Assembly: GCA_004431415.1 (NCBI GenBank)
Contig: QPMI01000566.1
Coordinates: forward strand, 1 to 54,003
Reading direction: 5' to 3'
From: Cyanophora paradoxa CCMP329
Lineage: Eukaryota; Plantae; Glaucophyta
Length of the DNA stretch: 54,003 bases
The notes beneath the pieces were generated by a model. That model saw only the letters and a program-made list of their open reading frames with translations. It had not been told where the DNA came from and did not search any database. How positions within the stretch are numbered: the stretch's first letter is position 1; the number at the start of each line of letters is the position of its first letter. This document shows positions 12,429-21,932 of this stretch, piece by piece. The translations under genes were made by a program, and so were the position numbers.

Positions 12429-13261
12429 ATGGCTGAGCAACCCCCACTTGAACGAATTATTACACCTCAACTATCATTAGCTGCCCCAGCAAACCATGTT
12501 TTACAGCATGCTACCTTTGATGATGTAGAGGGTCTCCAATCAACAGAGGTCCAACCTACAATGAACACCTTTGGTTCCACCCACAAGCTGAGATTACAGG
12601 AACTCAGATGTGATAAAAATAATGGAATAGTTAAGACAACTAAGCTACTTGTCACAAATGCAAACTTTTCTGCTCATTATGGAGACCCAGATAGCTATGG
12701 AGATCCTCTGTCTACTTATTCTTTTGAATCTAGGTCGGGAGCTATTAACTGCAAATCGGGGGGAGCTTATATTGGTGATGGTCTTCGGGTTGGTGGGGCT
12801 GTTGGAGCGCCTTTATTTGTGAATGATCAACCCAATCCCATTGATCCTAACACCAGAATTCGAACCTATGTCCCCAGCATGAATGCCCCCTATATAATCA
12901 AAATATTCCCCATTGTGGTAAATGAACAGACAGCAGTTGTAGACTCTCTTGTTGAGATTGGTGACCACTACAAGGTTGTTGTGGATATTCCACCAGATGT
13001 ATATGCTGTATGTCAAGTGGAGGGTGGAACTCCTAATTTTGCAGTTGTGATCACCCCATATGATAATTTCGGAATTGCTTATCATGGAGTCAATTTTGGT
13101 TTGGAAGATTATCAGTTCCTGGTTAGAGCCACCAAGTTTGGTATCTACAAGTGTGTATTATATGCTGAGAAACTGATTTTATTGCAAAGCAGAATACCTA
13201 TGCTGAGTACTATGGCACTAATCGATATTTCCCCATTTTTGGGCAGGATACTGCTCCATAA
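12429..13261 (+). CDS. Fibre-family paralogue 4 (element A)
   Basis: 283-aa ORF with QELRCDKNNGIVKTT and KSGGAYIGDG; comparison with element B suggests the true end is ...GQDTAP* at 13261. Confidence 0.75.
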
Positions 13262-13283
13262 GAATATTGGTTATATATAGAGT

Positions 13284-13555
13284 ATGGATAGTAAAACAAA
13301 AAAGTTTATTGATGCTGCTATGACAGTTCATGGTAAAGATAAATTCGATTACAGTGAGACACATTACATCAAAGCTCAAGAGAAAGTATCTGTTAGATGT
13401 TTGCAGTGTAATAAGGTGATCCTTACCTATCCTTTAATCATGTGAAGGGATCAGGTTGCAGGGAATGCAACAAAAAGCATTCTCAAGCTTATAGGAAAAG
13501 GGCTACTTCATCAATCACAGTGGAATATAGAGATGTTTGCATTAGGTTCGATTAG
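13284..13555 (+). CDS. Small Zn-binding protein, DUF723-like (element A; one frameshift)
   Basis: FIDAAMTVHGKDKFDYSETHY...CLQC...HVKGSGCREC. Confidence 0.65.
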
Positions 13556-13582
13556 GTTAATAATTTTTCTAAGGTATTCTTA

Positions 13583-13981
13583 ATGGAGACTCAATACAGG
13601 GGCTTTCATGTTATGCTTGATTACAAGGCTAAAACAGCTATTGCAACAGGACATGAGCATGTTAGCTTCCTTGGTAATTGGATTATGAGAACCCTTGAAC
13701 AAGCAGTATTAAGGCAAGGCATTAGGATTGTTCACAAACATTGTGAGATATTTGATGGCAAAGTATCACCTCCTGGTTTTGCATTGGTTCTGCTATTAGA
13801 TGAAAGCCATTGTACAGCTCATTGTTATTCCAATGAAGGCATGTTAGCAATTGATATATTCAGTTGTGGTAAAGACGCTCAGCATAAAACACAAGCAGTA
13901 GCAGATGAGATCGATAAAACAATGAATTTCTTAACATTTGAGAAGACTGAGAGGCATAAACATGATAGATTTCCGTTTTGA
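13583..13981 (+). CDS. speD: S-adenosylmethionine decarboxylase proenzyme (short, prokaryotic-type)
   Basis: 132-aa intact ORF with LLLDESHCTAHCY (E|S pyruvoyl cleavage site) and AIDIFSCG. Confidence 0.85.
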   Translation: METQYRGFHVMLDYKAKTAIATGHEHVSFLGNWIMRTLEQAVLRQGIRIVHKHCEIFDGKVSPPGFALVLLLDESHCTAHCYSNEGMLAIDIFSCGKDAQHKTQAVADEIDKTMNFLTFEKTERHKHDRFPF

Positions 13982-14358
13982 TGGGTTTCTATAATGATGA
14001 TCAGGGTGATTTACCTTTTTTTATTACAATAACATTGATCAGCTATTATAACAAAAGGATATAATATATCCCTTTCCTACAATAGAATATGTTACAATTT
14101 CGAATACTATCGATTTCCTTACAATAAAACTCAGCATCTCCCCTTCATTCCCCAATTATTAATTTAAGTGGACTCAAGGTTGACTCATATTAATCGTAAA
14201 AGTAGTAATAGTATATGGATTTTGTTACGAATTCAATGCAAGGGTTGACTAAGTGGGTTGAGTTGACTCAAATTTCACAGGAAATAACAATGAATCAGAG
14301 TATAAATGCATTTTTTGAATCAACTACACCAACTAACACTGAGATTTTAACAATATAT

Positions 14359-14657
14359 GAGGTCCTTACTGAATATGGTATGTGTCACAGGTGTCACAGG
14401 TTTATCCCAAAGTTTCTCCTATAAAGAGTAAATTTCCAAAAGTTTGGGATGGACCTGTGACACCTGTGACACTCGATTAAATCATTTATTCATTTAATTA
14501 GAAATACATAGATAAGATTATGACTGAGTTTTTCATTATAAAAGAGGTCCTTACTGAATATGGTATGTGTCACAGGTGTCACAGGTTTATCCCAAAGTTT
14601 CTCCTATAAAGAGTGAATTTTCAAAAGTTTGGGATGGACCTGTGACACCTGTGACAC
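14359..14657. repeat. Two 114-bp direct repeats (14359-14472, 14544-14657), each an imperfect palindrome of 9-bp GTGTCACAG iterons
   Basis: GTGTCACAGGTGTCACAGGT...ATCCCAAA...TTTGGGAT..ACCTGTGACACCTGTGACAC occurs twice. Confidence 0.9.
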
Positions 14658-14971
14658 CCAATTATTCATTAAATTCCTAAGGGTCCCCCCTTAGACTCAT
14701 TAAAACATGATAATAACATATCAATTTCATGTATAATTACGATTGAATTCAATAAGAGATCGATTTGTTTTATTAAACAAATGAATCTTTTATGGATCTT
14801 AATCGAGTTAAGCGATATGTTTACGATTAAATGAATTAAATTTAATTAAATTTAATCGAGAAAGAACATGAATATAATATCGATTAAATCAATTAACAAA
14901 GACCAATCACACATAGTAAAATGCGGAGTTTTAACCAGAGGCAAGATCTAATTGAGATTCAGTTATATTAT

Positions 14972-15340
14972 TGCGCTGAGCGGGATGCGCTAAGCAGTTG
15001 GCTAGGCCCAGAGGCGCCCCAAGCAGAGAGGGACAGGCCCGTACAGCACCGTAGGGCGACGGCGAGCGGGTGCCATTACGTACACAGCAGGCGCAGAGCC
15101 GGCGTAAGACAGCAAGTAACAGGTACAGCGTAAGACAGTAAGTACAGAGAACAGGGACGAGAACGACAGCCAGCAAGCGAGCGCCGCGCAGGGCAAGCGA
15201 GGGCCCAGGGCTAAAATAAGCGGTCCAGTTGGCAACAACGTGGCACCAGGAATAGAGGCTACAAAGGTACAAGGCAAGGCAAGCTGCCGGCTTAGAGCCG
15301 ACGACCAGGGCTAGCTGGGAGTCGGAAAGTGGGCGGCACA
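14972..15340 (-). repeat. LTR (3' LTR on the minus strand)
   Basis: Direct repeat of 17944-18314. Confidence 0.92.
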
Positions 15341-17925
15341 CGCTTCCCGCTACAAAAAGCCGTCCTCGGCGCTACGAGCTAAAGGCTGAACTAAAGCTGC
15401 GTAGGCGAGGCTGAACGGACTACGAGCCAAAAGCCGGCTACCGTCCCTGCACAGAAAGCCGTCCTCGGCGCCACAGCGGGCGGGCCAGAGGGGCAAATTA
15501 AAATCCATCAGGCCGTCGGCACCAGTATGAGGAACTGGGCCCAACAAGGAAAGTTGGGTGAGGGACCACGACCTGACGCCAGAGCGCGCGGTAGCGCCGC
15601 CAGCCAACCGGGGCAAACCCTCTAAATCCCGCCGGAGGGGAAAACCGGTTTGAACGAGTGCTAGCGCTAGCACTAAGCTCGAATTCGAAGCCGGCGCCGC
15701 GCCGCAAGCCGCCGGGCTGCGGCGGCGCCGGGTCGAAAGTTCCACAGTGTAGAAGGTACTTGACGTAGAGTGTAGGAGTGTAGGACCGCAGGCTCGATCA
15801 GCAGCCGCAGCGGCAGAGTACGCGTTGCGGGCCAAGCTCGGCGCAGCTTGCCGCAGTGCGTTGCCAAGTGACTCGGCCAGCGGAGTCACGAAGCGGAGCG
15901 ATCGGACAGCACAGTAGCGTGTGCAGCGCGTACGCGTAGAGCAGGCAAGCCATGAAGAGTAGAAGCGGCGAGCCAGTCGTACGGGGTCAGGCTCCAAGCA
16001 GCAGCAGGCCACTGGTCGCATCATACAGACCCATCGCCAAGGATCCTCCGCGATCAGACGGGATGGCAAACCACGGATACAGCCATCGAGTCCGCCGGCA
16101 TACGCTGATGCAGCGCGTAGCCGGGGCTTAGGCAGGCCACCATCGCGGGACAAGAGACAGCATCAGCGCGGCCCGGAATGATCATCGGTGCTCGCGTGAT
16201 AGTCGTAGGCAGACGTATGGACCTCTCAGCAGCGGAGAGTCGCAAGCGGAGGCTTGATCGGAAGCACCCGGACTAGAGCGCCGGTGCGTGCTGGCTTGGT
16301 CAGCGTGGAATCACCCACAGCTAAGCAGACCGAAACAGCGCTGGCGTCCAGCTGGCATCACCCAGCTGCCAGGTTCACCGATGCACGGGAATCACCCGAC
16401 GGGCCGACGCAGTCGACGCGCGAACGTGAAGACTGGTCGCGGGGCATCACCCAGTGCTGCTTGCTGACGCTCTCAACAGATAGGTCCGCTGTCCGCCGTC
16501 CAACTTTAGCTATGGCTGCTCACGTCGTCGTAGGACGTTCCAGAGCGCATCCTTTACGCTTCTGATGACCTTCGCCCGCTGGACAGGCCTCGGTCAGACC
16601 TCCGCCCGCTGAACAGGCCTCGGTCGCTGATCAAACGCCACGACAGGAAGAACGACAGTCCGCACACGCTTGAGATGTGCGTGAAGCGACTGACATCTGG
16701 CTTGACGAGCTGGACGTCCCGGAGAAGGCAGCTACGTCGTCGGAGCCAGGGCAAGGTCTTCGCATCTTGTCTGCCTTCTCGGTGCGACAGCGCGCACGGT
16801 AGACTGGACAACAGATAGATGCGCTTCCTCGCATAGAGATCGCTGTCAAGTGGAGCTGCGCCGGCTCCACTGACGCGTACGCAACCCGCAGAGCCGAGAG
16901 AGACGCGGAGCCGCACGTCCTCTGGATGCAGGTGGAGTCAAGTGGAGTGATCCTCACGAGGGATGCCACTCGCCGCCGCTGAGCGTGCCTCGGAGGTCCG
17001 CAGGCGCCACAGCAGCCGTCGTAGTAAGACCTCGGCGCGTACTGGGGCCATGTTATCCAGGGGCTTTCACGTCGCAGCGGTTTGACTCCATGCGTTCTTC
17101 AGATACACTCGCCACCAATTGAGCGTGCCTCGGGCTAGCCGGAGTGCCATCGCAGCCGTCGTAGGTGAGACCTCGGGCGCGGACTGGGGCCATGTTATCC
17201 CAGGGCATTCACGTCTTGGCGGGCTGACTCTGTACTTTCTGCAGAGAGAAAAGATTGATTGACCGGCGCTTCATAGCTGCCTGGCGAGCCTGGCATGTCA
17301 CGAGCATTGCGGGCAACTCGACAAAACAAGACGACGACGAAAAGAAGGTATGTTTCATGAAGAATACTCATTCAGAGAGTTTCTATCATCATATGTCGCA
17401 CAGTACGTGGACCAGAGAAGAAACGACATGCCACGACGACAAGAAGGTCATCATTCGATCGGCGGCAACACGCAATTCGATCGTTATGACGACGTGTGTA
17501 GATGTAGAGGTGTTGCTCCACATACAATACATTTAGTAGTACGTTGTGGAGTCGTCCCCCGATACAATGCAATACAGTTTCACTCGACATGCGCGCGGGC
17601 TGCATCAGCATTTGCTCTTGAGCGCAGCCACGGCACGTTTAGGTGACTGTGAGCGCATGCGGCTCAATAGACGGGTTGGCGGACGCTTCCCACTACAGAA
17701 AGAGTGGTGCGCCGGGGCCGTAAGCAAGAAAAGGCGCGCGCAGTGGCGGGTGGAAAGGCATGAACCATGCGGTTCGCAAAGCCGAGCTCCGCGGCATAGG
17801 CGCTTCTCACTACAAGAGAGTGGAGGCCGTACGCGCAAGCCGAGGCAAACGATGGCGTGCTTGTCCAGGGGTTCGGGCAAGAGCGCAGCGTTCGTCCCCA
17901 GGCATACGAGCTAAAAAGTCGAAGC

Positions 17926-17943
17926 CCAACGCAGCAGCCCCCA
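17926..17943 (-). promoter_or_regulatory. Putative primer-binding site
   Basis: Minus strand reads TGGGGGCTGCTGCG immediately after the LTR; the first 8 nt match the canonical tRNA-Pro PBS TGGGGGCT. Confidence 0.55.
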
Positions 17944-18314
17944 TGCGCTGAGCGGGATGCGCTAAGCAGTTGGCTAGGCCCAGAGGCGCCCCAAGCAGAG
18001 AGGGACAGGCCCGTACAGCACCGTAGGGCGACGGCGAGCGGGTGCCATTACGTACACAGCAGGCGCAGAGCCGGCGTAAGACAGCAAGTAACAGGTACAG
18101 CGTAAGACAGTAAGTACAGAGAACAGGGACGAGAACGACAGCCAGCAAGCGAGCGCCGCGCAGGGCAAGCGAGGGCCCAGGGCTAAAATAAGCGGTCCAG
18201 TTGGCAACAACGTGGCACCAGGAATAGCAGGCTACAAAGGGTACAAGGCAAGGCAAGCTGCCGGCTTAGAGCCGACGACCAGGGCTAGCTGGGAGTCGGA
18301 AAGTGGGCGGCACA
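17944..18314 (-). repeat. LTR (5' LTR on the minus strand)
   Basis: Direct repeat of 14972-15340. Confidence 0.92.
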
Positions 18315-18537
18315 TTATTCGGAATTTTATACAGATTATCGATAGAATCAGTAAGACTAATCGGAAAATAAGAGAAATTTACGATAAAATATCGAAAGAA
18401 TACAAAATAATCGAAATAATTGAATATTCGATAAGATATACACAGATTATCGATTGATTGAAATAGAATATACGAGATATATCAACAAAATCAATTAAGA
18501 TAAGCCGAGGGTTAAAACTCCGCATTTTACTATGTGT

Positions 18538-18816
18538 CTCTGATCAAACAGGGGCACCCCAAGCGACGGCGAAATCTTGAAAAGGATCACCTTGGCGTCG
18601 ATTCCAGGAGTGTTTGCCAGGTTCTGCAAAACGAAGAAGAAAATTTAGTTTCAAGCGGAAAGCTGACAGGTAATGTCAACGGAAACAAAGGCGAACGGGA
18701 AAGCCTGCATAACCTTCAGAAGGAGCTGCGCCCCCTGAATAGCGGACGTTTCCTGCGCGCAATCGGCTTGCGTCAGCCTCTGAGCCTCCGGGCCACTTTC
18801 TGCAAAACTATTAGCT
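18538..18816 (-). CDS. Host gene exons stranded between the two viruses
   Basis: Minus strand: exon ..EAQRLTQADCAQETSAIQGAQLLLK, intron GTTATG...TTTTGCAG (~18624-18711), in-frame exon NLANTPGIDAKVILFKISPSLGVPLFDQ. Confidence 0.45.
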
Positions 18817-18822
18817 ATAGTG

Positions 18823-18895
18823 ACACATATGAATATTCATATTTTAATCCCTCGGCGTTCCGCCTCAGGATTAAAATATGAATATTCATATGTGT
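18823..18895. other. Terminal hairpin (28-bp perfect stem, 17-nt GC loop)
   Basis: ACACATATGAATATTCATATTTTAATCC-CTCGGCGTTCCGCCTCA-GGATTAAAATATGAATATTCATATGTGT. Confidence 0.95.
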
Positions 18896-19420
18896 GATTC
18901 GATGTTATATCAATAAAATCGATTAATTTATTTGAATTTTCACCTGAATTTTCATATTTTTATATGCATTTTCAATTAATTTAATCGATGTTATATCGAT
19001 AAACTCGATTAATCGATATTGTATCTTAATTGTAGTTAATCGGAATTATATCAATAACTTCGATTGATCTTAATTGAATCCTAAATGAATCTAATCGGAA
19101 TTATATCAATAAATTCGATTAAATCATGTTCTTTTCCGATTAAATCAATTAAATATTTAACTTTGTTATCAGAAGTGGTCTAAGTTGACTCACTTTTCAT
19201 AAACATTTTGAACTCTTAGTCTCTTTGAATTTCTTAAGATGACTCAACTTAGTCAACTTAGTCAACTTTGTTACCATAATCAATCAGGGTGGACTCACTT
19301 TTAGATCAACTTTGAAATTTCAAGCAAAATCAACTTGGATTTCAAAAGTGGATCTTCTAAGTGGACTCAAAATGTTCACTTTGTGATACATGTTAGCTCA
19401 AATCCTTACTGTTTATGGTC

Positions 19421-19610
19421 AGGGTTGACTAAGTGGGGGGAGTTGACACATTTTTTGAAATCCTTTTTAGAAAACTTTAGGTCCCAAATATTTCCTGTGA
19501 AATTTGAGTCAACTCAACCCACTTAGTCAACCCTTGCATTGAATTCGTAACAAAATCCATATACTATTACTACTTTTACGATTAATATGAGTCAACCTTG
19601 AGTCCACTTT
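19421..19610. promoter_or_regulatory. Iteron palindrome (GTTGACTAA family), putative origin; copy in left TIR
   Basis: AGGGTTGACTAAGTGGG..GAGTTGAC ... GTCAACTC..CCCACTTAGTCAACCCT, followed by GAGTCAACCTTGAGTCCACTTT; function inferred. Confidence 0.6.
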
Positions 19611-20244
19611 AATATAAATATTATATAATAGGGGGAATCTAGGGCAGATGCTTACTAAATGCAGTGTTAGATTGATGGGATCATAGATGGGATCACAGTT
19701 ATCGAAGCAATATAATATAGTTGAATATTCGATATCATAAGTTGATCGAAACGATAAGTATATGGTTATAAATCGCGATTTTTGAGTTATAATCGAATTT
19801 AATCGAATTAATTTTGAATTTCAAAACTCGCTTTAATCGTAATAGCGATCTATACACATTGAGATTCGTATATGTGATTGCAAGTTATTGTTATGTATGA
19901 TATATGTGATTATATTCGACCGTCAGTGCATCGATTTGATAACTTGCTAGTGATCTATATTAAAAACTCACGTTTAATGGATTTTAATCGAATTTATAAT
20001 CAAAATTCAAAATCGGTTTCATCGCGATTTGGAGTTACAGTTAGTGAAATTCCGATATGGCTCATAAGCGCTGTGACCGCCTTGAAATGCTCGATTTTAT
20101 GACGTTTTAAGCGCATCGATTTGATCAGTTGGTGTTGAGATATCGTAGCAAACGTTAATATTGATTTTCTAGACGGGTACAGCATTAATCTAGAAAAAAC
20201 CGCGTTTTTTTTTTACTTTTCAAGTTTCACGGCGAACGAAGTAA

Positions 20245-20317
20245 AGGTTCCCGAGCGGATTTGAACCGCGTAGTTTTGAGTCAGAAATCAAGCGCTCTAT
20301 TCTCTGAGCCAAAAACG
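20245..20317 (-). ncRNA. Degenerate tRNA-like sequence (Gln-CTG-like) / possible Pol III RNA
   Basis: Minus strand: D-arm GCTC-AGAGAATA-GAGC, anticodon arm TTGA-TTTCTGAC-TCAA, T-arm GCGG-TTCAAAT-CCGC, 3' GGGAACCT. Acceptor stem is weak. Confidence 0.5.
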
Positions 20318-20544
20318 GCTTACCACCAAGTCGACTCCTGGGCTAGTGTTTCACCAAGTCTACTATGGCAAGTGACTTTTGCATCTTCAAACTGTTATAT
20401 CTCATCACCAGATCATCAAAACGCAACGTTCTGCATATCGCTGTGAAGCGCTTGATACGATCTACAAGACTATGTGTATATCATGTGCATATATGTATAT
20501 CAGTCATACATATATTTGGAAAAAACGAGTTTTTGCCTAGCAAA

Positions 20545-21929
20545 CTAGCTAGTTTTGGTCCTTTCTCTTAGTGTTCTCTGAGGTTTAGGGGCTGTATATG
20601 ACTCCTTAGTAGTCTGAAAGTCATTATACCATCTCTGGCTATTAACCTCAGAAAGTTTCTGTGTCCCTGCTATAGTGAGCTTTTTGAGTTCCCTGTTAAC
20701 TTTCCCAGCCTTCTCCTTTCTAGCCTCTATCAAAGGCTTATCTGGGACTTCATTAGCAGCTTCTATGCCTTCTCTCCTTATAGCAGCATCAGCCCTGGCT
20801 TCCTCTTTAGCTTGCTCCAAGGCATCCACTGTAGGTGTTTCCAGATACTCAACTGAATTCACAGGTAACAGCTCATGGAAAGCAAACCTGTTTTCTATGA
20901 TCTCACCAGTGGGACTCCTTAGCTTAAACTTAAAGCCTTCCCTACTATCAACAGTGTAAACCATCCTAGACCAATTGTTACCCTGTTTAGCAAAGGCATT
21001 TTTCTCAACTTTCACTCTAACAAACATGCCTGGCTGCATGGTATCAAGGTAAGCTATTGATTTCTTGAATCTTTCATCTTCTAATCCCACTATATACCTA
21101 TAATGCTCCTCTGTAGTTTCGCCTGGCTTCATCTTAGTAGCTGAGTGAACTGTATTATTGTAATTATACTCAATATCACCTAACACATCAAAGAATCTAG
21201 CTGTGTTATTAGCTATGCAGTAGTTTGTGATCAGTCTCTTAATCTGCTTGTTAAAGGCTTCAATTCGACCTTGGCTTCTATGGTCAGCAGTTCCACTCAC
21301 TTGGTGTTCTATGAATTTACTAGATAAATACTCCTGGAATATTCGATTTTGGAACTCACTCCCAGCATCTGATTGAACTTTTACTATGGGTCTTGCCACT
21401 CTCATTTCAAGCTGCTTAAATGCAGCTAATGTAGTGAGAGCTGATTTATCTCTTATAGGTATGATATATCCAGTTCTCAGTGTTGATTCCATAGCAGTCA
21501 TAAAGGTATCATAGCCATTGTTTTGTTTCTTATAAGCTGGGAAAAAGAGCAAATCAATCACATAGGTATCAAGGGGTTGCCTTATTGGAACCATGGGATC
21601 TCTCTTCCTAGATATAGCAGGTGCATTGATCTGAACTACCTCTTGTTTTTTATAGAACTCTTGCAACTGCTTATAGGATTCATCTGGTAACTCAGCCCTC
21701 ATAGCTTGAAGCCCTTTGTAACCAGTCCTCACATCATAGAATCTCTTGGCAATCTTGCTAGTTTCTTTCACTGCAATAGCAACTGGGATCTCCACAGGGA
21801 CAAGCTCTTTCATCTCTGATTTTTTGACAATTCGAGATTCCCCTTTTCCTCCTTTGGAACTGTGATAGGCAGTAGGTTACCTTGTAGTTGCTCAGTGGTT
21901 CTCCTAACTATTCTTCCAGTTGCTGGCAT
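20545..21929 (-). CDS. Retroviral-type (rve) DDE integrase, Polinton-like
   Basis: 422-aa ORF with YVIDLLF, VQSDAGSEF, GRIEAFNK and YNNTVHSATKMKP; probable ATG at 21929 across one frameshift. Confidence 0.92.
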
Positions 21930-21932
21930 CTC

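Larger units (their letters stand above)
14972..18314 (-). mobile_element. LTR retroelement, apparently non-autonomous/degenerate, nested in the terminus of element A
   Basis: LTRs 14972-15340 and 17944-18314 with TG...CA ends, differing by two single-base indels; TTAT on both flanks. Minus strand: PBS-like TGGGGGCT next to the right LTR and purine tract AGCGGGAAGCG next to the left LTR. No recognisable intact RT. Confidence 0.88.
1..18537. mobile_element. Endogenous Polinton-like virus, element A (right part only; contains nested LTR element)
   Basis: Colinear with 30370-45787 of element B (ATPase, MCP, pentons, patatin, fibres, AdoMetDC). Ends in ...TATGTGT at 18537 like element B, followed by an abrupt shift to higher-GC DNA. 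Confidence 0.9.
14909..18537. repeat. Terminal hairpin of element A: 28-bp perfect inverted repeat (14909-14936 / 18510-18537), split by the LTR insertion
   Basis: ACACATAGTAAAATGCGGAGTTTTAACC and its exact reverse complement GGTTAAAACTCCGCATTTTACTATGTGT. Confidence 0.9.
18823..19652. repeat. Left TIR of element B
   Basis: Reverse complement of 44993-45787 apart from small indels. Confidence 0.95.

Noticed and set aside
5824-13261. Diversity-generating retroelement or shufflon behind fibre variation
   Set aside because: No reverse transcriptase, no template/variable repeat pair with A-specific mismatches, and no invertase or inverted crossover sites seen.
14359-14657. CRISPR-like repeat-spacer-repeat
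   Set aside because: Only two 114-bp units, no cas genes, and a eukaryotic viral TIR context.
14931-18256. Numerous 60-270-aa ORFs in the LTR element as real genes
   Set aside because: Overlapping GC-rich frames with no recognisable domains, several merely spanning the LTRs.
18816-18822. 7-bp TSD TATAGTG
   Set aside because: It would make the element ends asymmetric; the 6-bp ATAGTG reading gives exact inverted termini and fits rve integrases.
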